DNA of 61,856 nt, counting the filler, from Pseudobdellovibrionaceae bacterium (GTDB lineage: Bacteria; Bdellovibrionota; Bdellovibrionia; Bdellovibrionales; UBA1609): assembly GCA_030591685.1 (NCBI GenBank). It is 5 parts of 5 records of this genome, joined end to end, with 100 filler letters (N's around TTAATTAATTAA, not from the genome) between each part and the next. Parts side by side here need not be neighbours in the genome. Positions count along the whole stretch, not along the records: positions 55,210 to 61,856 come from JAUVAX010000004.1; 4 more parts are not named here. One strand, given 5' to 3'. Positions 56,786 through 61,856 of the stretch are shown piece by piece. The position numbers were made by a program, and so were the translations under genes. The notes beneath the pieces are model-generated. The model was not told the origin of the DNA. It ran no database searches and saw only the letters and a list, made by a program, of their open reading frames with translations. Numbering within the stretch: position 1 is the stretch's first letter; every line of letters starts with the position of its first letter.

Positions 56786-58708
56786 GTGACCATGAGCCAA
56801 AACAGCTGGACCTGTGAAAATTCTATAGACCTTTATGGTATAAAAAATTGGGGTAAAAACTTTTTTAATGTTAAAGACTCTGGGAACCTTTGCATCAACC
56901 CTAAAAAAAATGACTCTAAAGAAATTGACTTATTTGAGCTCATTGAGGACTTGAAGGAGCGCGGAATAAGACTCCCCTTGCTGCTCCGGTTCCCAGATAT
57001 TTTAGAAAGCCGCATACAAAGCTTAAATGACTCTTTCACTCAAGCCATAGAAGAATATGAATACAAGGGTCACTACCAAGGCGCTTACCCCATAAAGGTA
57101 AATCAGCAAAGCCACTTAGTTGAAGAAATATTACGCCTTGGAAAGCCCTACAACATTGGGCTTGAGTGCGGGAGCAAGCCCGAACTATTAATTTCCTTAG
57201 CTCTTATGGACAACCCCAGTGCTCTTATCATTTGCAATGGATTTAAAGATGTTGAGTATATTGAAACGGCACTCCTGGCTCAAAAGCTCCGACGGAATTG
57301 TATAATTGTGATCGACCGGGTTGATGAAATACGCCTTACCATTGAAGTCTCAAAAAAACTTAACATTAAGCCCAATATAGGATTTAGATGTAAGCTCAAC
57401 TCTCAAGGGGGAGGCCGGTGGATTGAGTCCTCCGGGGCTCGCTCAAAGTTCGGACTAACTCCCTCTGAAATAGTACGAGGAGTGGCACAGCTTGAGGAAG
57501 CAGACCTCCTCGATCGTTTAGTGCTTTTACACTTTCATATAGGCTCACAAATACCCTCAATTCAGTCCATCAAGGCTTCTGTTAAAGAAGGGGCCCGTTT
57601 TTATACAGAGTTAAAGAGGTTAGCCCCAAATTTAAAATATATTGATGTCGGTGGCGGGCTGGGGGTGGACTATGATGGCTCTGGAAAATCCGATAGCTCT
57701 ACTAATTACAGCGACCAAGAGTATGCGAATGATGTTGTTTACCACATACAAGAGGCTTGTAATGAAAAAGGTATTGAACACCCTATTATCATTACTGAGT
57801 CCGGGCGATCACTTGTGGCCCCTAGCTCACTTTTAGTTTTTGATGTACTTGGGGCCAATCAGATCAGTAAAGATATCACTGACATTACTGTAAATAGTAA
57901 GGACTCCCCCGTTGTTAAAGAGTTACATTATATCTATAAATCACTTCAGTCTGACAACCTCAACGAATACTATAATGATTTGATTGAAAAACGCCGAGAC
58001 ACCCTTCAGCTCTTTAAATACGGAGTTCTTGACCTTAAACAACGAGCCAAAGCTGAGGACCTCTACTGGGCTATTGCTGCCAAAATTTACGAGTTGGCAA
58101 AGAATAATGAAAATTTAGAAGATATTTACTACGCGTTAGAAAACGAGCTTTCAGATACATACTTTTGCAACTTTAGCATATTCCAATCCCTACCGGACTC
58201 ATGGGCGCTGAAGCAAATATTCCCCGTGATGCCCATTCATAAATTAAATGAAAAGCCCACTCACCGAGCGACCCTGGTTGATTTAACTTGTGATTCTGAT
58301 GGTAAAATTTCTCAGTTTTCTGACACTGAAACCGGCGGTACTCAAAAATACCTTGAAGTTCATAAGCTTGTAGATAAAGAGCCCTATTATTTAGCGGCCT
58401 TTATTACCGGCGCTTATCAAGAGATACTAGGAGATTTACATAACCTATTTGGTGACACCGATGCTGTTCATATTAGCGTACAAGAAAATGGATATAAAGT
58501 AGACCATGTTGTTGAAGGCGACTCTGTCGCCGAAGTACTTTCTTATGTACAATACCAAATCCCTGAGTTACTTGAAAAAATACGCCTTGCCTCCGAGCAC
58601 AGTATTGCCGAGGGCCAACTCACTCGACCAGATGCTCGATTATTACTGAAGCATTACGAACAGGGCATTTCAGGTTATACTTATTTTGAGCAACCGGAAG
58701 GCGAATAA
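56786..58708 (+). CDS. speA: Biosynthetic arginine decarboxylase
   Basis: YPIKVNQ, GLECGSKPEL, CNGFKD, SKFGL, HFHIGSQI, DVGGGLGVDYDG, NFSIFQSLPDSW, TCDSDG, GAYQEILGDLHNLFGD. Confidence 0.95.
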   Translation: MTMSQNSWTCENSIDLYGIKNWGKNFFNVKDSGNLCINPKKNDSKEIDLFELIEDLKERGIRLPLLLRFPDILESRIQSLNDSFTQAIEEYEYKGHYQGAYPIKVNQQSHLVEEILRLGKPYNIGLECGSKPELLISLALMDNPSALIICNGFKDVEYIETALLAQKLRRNCIIVIDRVDEIRLTIEVSKKLNIKPNIGFRCKLNSQGGGRWIESSGARSKFGLTPSEIVRGVAQLEEADLLDRLVLLHFHIGSQIPSIQSIKASVKEGARFYTELKRLAPNLKYIDVGGGLGVDYDGSGKSDSSTNYSDQEYANDVVYHIQEACNEKGIEHPIIITESGRSLVAPSSLLVFDVLGANQISKDITDITVNSKDSPVVKELHYIYKSLQSDNLNEYYNDLIEKRRDTLQLFKYGVLDLKQRAKAEDLYWAIAAKIYELAKNNENLEDIYYALENELSDTYFCNFSIFQSLPDSWALKQIFPVMPIHKLNEKPTHRATLVDLTCDSDGKISQFSDTETGGTQKYLEVHKLVDKEPYYLAAFITGAYQEILGDLHNLFGDTDAVHISVQENGYKVDHVVEGDSVAEVLSYVQYQIPELLEKIRLASEHSIAEGQLTRPDARLLLKHYEQGISGYTYFEQPEGE

Positions 58709-58710
58709 TT

Positions 58711-59973
58711 ATGGCCACTGCTATTGTTGGCTTAGGCATTATGTTTTTCACAGGGCACGCCCTTAATTGGTTTTTTACCAAAACAAAAATACCTGATTTA
58801 TTAATATTAGTTGTTATTGGGTTTGTAATGGGACCTGTCCTGGGGTTACTTTCCCCTGATGATTTTGGCAAAGTTGGCTCTGTAATTGCCTCACTGGCTT
58901 TAATTGTTATTTTATATGAAGGCGGTTTGCACTTAAGTGCTCGTGATCTGTTAACTGGCAGCCTGCCCGCAGCAGGCCTTTCTATTATTGGGTTTCTACT
59001 GGCCGTTGCTGTTGGGTTTATTGTGACCTTTGGGTTGGCACTTCAAAGCTGGACGGTGGCACTACTTGTGGGGGTGGGCATAGGCTCTACCTCTTCAGCT
59101 ATTGTAATACCCCTGGTAAAGCATTTATCGATAAATAAAAAGACAAAAACTATCTTATCGTTAGAGTCGGCTTTTACAGATGTCCTCACTATTGTGATTT
59201 TTTTAGTTTTAATTGATGCTTTTGTTGCCGGTCAATTTAGCCCTCAAGACATACTCATAGGCCTTGGGCCAAATACTCTGATTGCCACATTTTGGGGGCT
59301 TATCTCAGCACTTATTTGGGCTTTTTTAAAAAAACACTATGGCGACACTATCCCTAAAACCTTTTCTGGAGAGGCCTGGGCTTTACTAACTTATGGAGTA
59401 TTAGAGCTCTCAGGACTTAATGGGGCCATAGGTGTGTTGGCTTTAGGGTTTACCCTTGCTAACTTAAGCCTCTTGCCTCAGTGGCTTCAGTCAGGGCTTG
59501 ATATGAAGGCTGTTAGTTTTTCAGACCTTACCTTGTTAAAAGAAATCACCTTTTTATTAAGAACTTTCTTTTTTTTATACCTTGGGCTTTTAGTACAGCT
59601 GTCTAATTGGAAGATCGTTGTTATTGCGCTTATTATCTGTGGCCTCATTTTTATAACCCGCTACATAATGGTTCGAATTGTTTTTAAGACCGACAGGTAT
59701 TCAAGGCTTGACGCCATGGTAGCTGCTGCGATGGGTCCGCGAGGCCTGGCCTGCGCTGTACTCGCCACACTCCCTTTAGAAAAGGGGCTCCCAGGGGGCG
59801 AATGGATTCAGCAAATCTTGTTTGCCATCATACCCTTTTCAATTCTCTTTACAGCCATATTTGTGGCCTTAAGCGAAAAAGAGGGCTTCAGAAGCCGTAT
59901 GGTCCATTTTTTTAAGCCCTACAGTGATGATACAAATCGGACTACAAACTCGCTCCCACAAATCAAAGACTAA
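58711..59973 (+). CDS. Cation:proton antiporter (CPA1/NhaP-like)
   Basis: KIPDLLIL, ILYEGG, STSSAIV, LESAFTDV, FFFLYLG, GPRGLACAVLA; many TM helices; 2 nt after speA. Confidence 0.88.
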   Translation: MATAIVGLGIMFFTGHALNWFFTKTKIPDLLILVVIGFVMGPVLGLLSPDDFGKVGSVIASLALIVILYEGGLHLSARDLLTGSLPAAGLSIIGFLLAVAVGFIVTFGLALQSWTVALLVGVGIGSTSSAIVIPLVKHLSINKKTKTILSLESAFTDVLTIVIFLVLIDAFVAGQFSPQDILIGLGPNTLIATFWGLISALIWAFLKKHYGDTIPKTFSGEAWALLTYGVLELSGLNGAIGVLALGFTLANLSLLPQWLQSGLDMKAVSFSDLTLLKEITFLLRTFFFLYLGLLVQLSNWKIVVIALIICGLIFITRYIMVRIVFKTDRYSRLDAMVAAAMGPRGLACAVLATLPLEKGLPGGEWIQQILFAIIPFSILFTAIFVALSEKEGFRSRMVHFFKPYSDDTNRTTNSLPQIKD

Positions 59974-60051
59974 TGTTTTCCGCCCTCACCCTGCCCCACT
60001 TAGGCCTAGGTTTACTTTACTCTTAAGACCTCAAAGGATTAAGATATAAGT

Positions 60052-60429
60052 ATGACGGCTAGAGTTTTTAACAAATCAGGGCTTGTGGTGCTTTCTCTCC
60101 TTTTTATAGGCTGCTCAAGCATGCCTAATGAAAACGGCACACAACTTGATGGTGAGCCCGCCAGCGCTGAGAACTGCTCTATTGAGGGGCACGCCCTAGA
60201 CTGGTCTCTTAATTACTGTCGCCTTAAAACAGATATTAAAAATCGACATTCTAAAGTAATTACAACTTGCATGGAGAAACAACAAAAAGGCTTTGAGCCA
60301 TTAATAGAGTGCCAAAAGCGAAGAAAAATAAAGACAAAGTACTGCCGCTTACAAAAGAAATTAGGACGCCTCGAAGGTGGCGTTGTTAAGTGTGTTGACT
60401 CAAATAAAAACACCCCTTCAAAAGATTAA
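60052..60429 (+). CDS. Small Cys-rich lipoprotein
   Basis: Lipobox LLFIG-C; six further Cys. Confidence 0.65.
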   Translation: MTARVFNKSGLVVLSLLFIGCSSMPNENGTQLDGEPASAENCSIEGHALDWSLNYCRLKTDIKNRHSKVITTCMEKQQKGFEPLIECQKRRKIKTKYCRLQKKLGRLEGGVVKCVDSNKNTPSKD

Positions 60430-60616
60430 CCGACTACGCCTTTGAATATCGAGGGGTTCCGCCGAGGCCTCTAATACATTTAAATCCAGATTCATTCTAT
60501 GTCGTGCCAATACCCCGGCCCTTCTACCTATAAATCAACATTTAAAAATCAAACTAAGCCCAATTACCCAAATAATACATGAAAATAATTCACTTTAACG
60601 AAAAAAGCCTGCCCCA

Positions 60617-61726
60617 ATGCCGGTAACTCAATATATAAAGCTTTATAATAAACGCTTAAAGGGGATAAATATCAGCCTGTTTCACATCAAAAACTGCTTA
60701 TTTGTTTTAAGTACGGTGTTTGTAGTTCTTCTTTCAACACCGGCTCACACAAAATCCTTGTGTGCACAGCTGTTCTCAAGCTCACGACCCGCATCTCAAA
60801 GAGCCCAGTATTATATTGAAAAAGATGTATTCATTTTAAAAACTATTCTTAACGAGTATTTAAATTTTGCCAATACTATTCACCATGAATCCCAATTAAA
60901 AAACACCCCTCTAGTGACTGCAAGAGGCGAGTACCTCACTTTATTTAATGAATTTAATGAACTTTTAATGAGTCACTCTCGAAATAGTTTTGCAAAACAA
61001 AAAAACTTGATGACTCAATTACTAAATAATTACGAAATGACGGATCCTCAAAAAGAATCCACTCAAGATATAATTAAAAAACATCGAGAAGCCACAAAAC
61101 TACTTAAAAAAAATTATATTGAAATAGAGAGCATAAAGTTTAAGTCAATTAATCATTCCAGAAGGGTCATTAAAAGGACTTTTCGACACCTAGCTCGTCA
61201 GCATCAATTTTTACAAACTTACACACACTCTTTATTAAATCAATTTATTGAGGTTATTTCGCTGAGGCCCTCTTTAACAGAAGTGGCTTTGCCTTCTGCA
61301 TATCACTCATTAAACTGGAAACACAAGGGGCTTTCTGACAAGCTCTGGGAGCATATCAACAAAGCACCCGCTCTTGAATATAATACTAATCACCATGAAC
61401 AAAAAAATAATATCCACCAATTTAATAAAAAAATTGATGAAAAACTAACGGCATTAAAAGAGGCCCTTTTTGTATTAAATGTTTATAGCTCCCACTCGCT
61501 TAGCGACATCAACACCCATTTTAGCACCTTCAAAAAAGCAAACCTCGTAAACCTTACCCTTTTAGAGGAGGGGCGCCTTAACCACAAAGAATTTAAATTT
61601 CAAACCCAAAGGTATGTATTTGGCCTCACACAAGGGCTTCGCTCAAAATTTTCAGAAGCCTGGGTCTTGAGTCGACTACCCATAGATGGGCATGAATATT
61701 TTTTGAGTATTAAATCTTCCCGATAG
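60617..61726 (+). CDS. Hypothetical helical protein, probably secreted; start uncertain, C-terminus possibly truncated
   Basis: Hydrophobic signal-like segment LFVLSTVFVVLLSTPAHT followed by CAQLFS; long open frame. Confidence 0.55.
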   Translation: MPVTQYIKLYNKRLKGINISLFHIKNCLFVLSTVFVVLLSTPAHTKSLCAQLFSSSRPASQRAQYYIEKDVFILKTILNEYLNFANTIHHESQLKNTPLVTARGEYLTLFNEFNELLMSHSRNSFAKQKNLMTQLLNNYEMTDPQKESTQDIIKKHREATKLLKKNYIEIESIKFKSINHSRRVIKRTFRHLARQHQFLQTYTHSLLNQFIEVISLRPSLTEVALPSAYHSLNWKHKGLSDKLWEHINKAPALEYNTNHHEQKNNIHQFNKKIDEKLTALKEALFVLNVYSSHSLSDINTHFSTFKKANLVNLTLLEEGRLNHKEFKFQTQRYVFGLTQGLRSKFSEAWVLSRLPIDGHEYFLSIKSSR

Positions 61727-61856
61727 TGGTGAACGTATGGTTGTTAACCCTAAAATTCGAAATAATACTGTATTCTTTAATACGTTAATTCCTGATTCAA
61801 CTAAATGTGCATTTGGTGGCTCAGGTTGGATAATGTCGGTTAATTTAGAAAATGGT
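61707..61856 (+). pseudogene. pilY1: Internal fragment of PilY1/PilC beta-propeller
   Basis: Reads VLNLPDSGERMVVNPKIRNNTVFFNTLIPDSTKCAFGGSGWIMSVNLENG, the characteristic PilY1 C-terminal block; in-frame TGA directly before it (61704-61706). Confidence 0.7.

Noticed and set aside
1..61856. tRNA, rRNA, IS elements, prophage
   Set aside because: No cloverleaf, rRNA-like stretch, transposase, integrase or phage structural gene recognised by eye

Overview
AT-rich bacterial draft/metagenome-assembled sequence, most likely Bdellovibrionota (inferred from gene content: F/YQNC-type lipoboxes, FliG-C-like orphan, bacterial topoisomerase VI, REC-GGDEF with the Hypr serine, heme operon with an embedded two-component system). 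It is five contigs joined by artificial 100-nt N/TTAATTAATTAA/N linkers (14648-14747, 18177-18276, 40559-40658, 55110-55209), so adjacency across linkers means nothing. Housekeeping content: nadB, addAB, tolB, glnE-like, hemD-like/hemL/hemE/hemH, Na/Pi cotransporter, proBA, rpmG, gloB, pdxJ, bolA/grxD, top6B/top6A, ampG, a mitochondrial-type aconitase, arsC, mscS, speA. The standout is a tightly packed six-gene minus-strand operon (32612->23812) behind a perfect sigma-54 promoter, in which every product is exported: FG-GAP propeller lipoprotein, LamG + mono-heme protein, Cys-containing lipoprotein, Tat-exported DUF1501-like protein, and two di-heme planctomycete-type cytochrome c lipoproteins (one with a Calx-beta-like domain). 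It converges on the heme biosynthesis operon and is a candidate uncharacterised cell-envelope redox system. Other highlights: a probable Hypr (3',3'-cGAMP-making) GGDEF, a barrel-lipoprotein-barrel cassette upstream of addBA, a membrane kinase lacking a canonical H-box, an in-frame TAG interrupting the last cytochrome, and a PilY1 fragment abruptly joined at the window end. All family assignments are by motif recognition; no searches were run.
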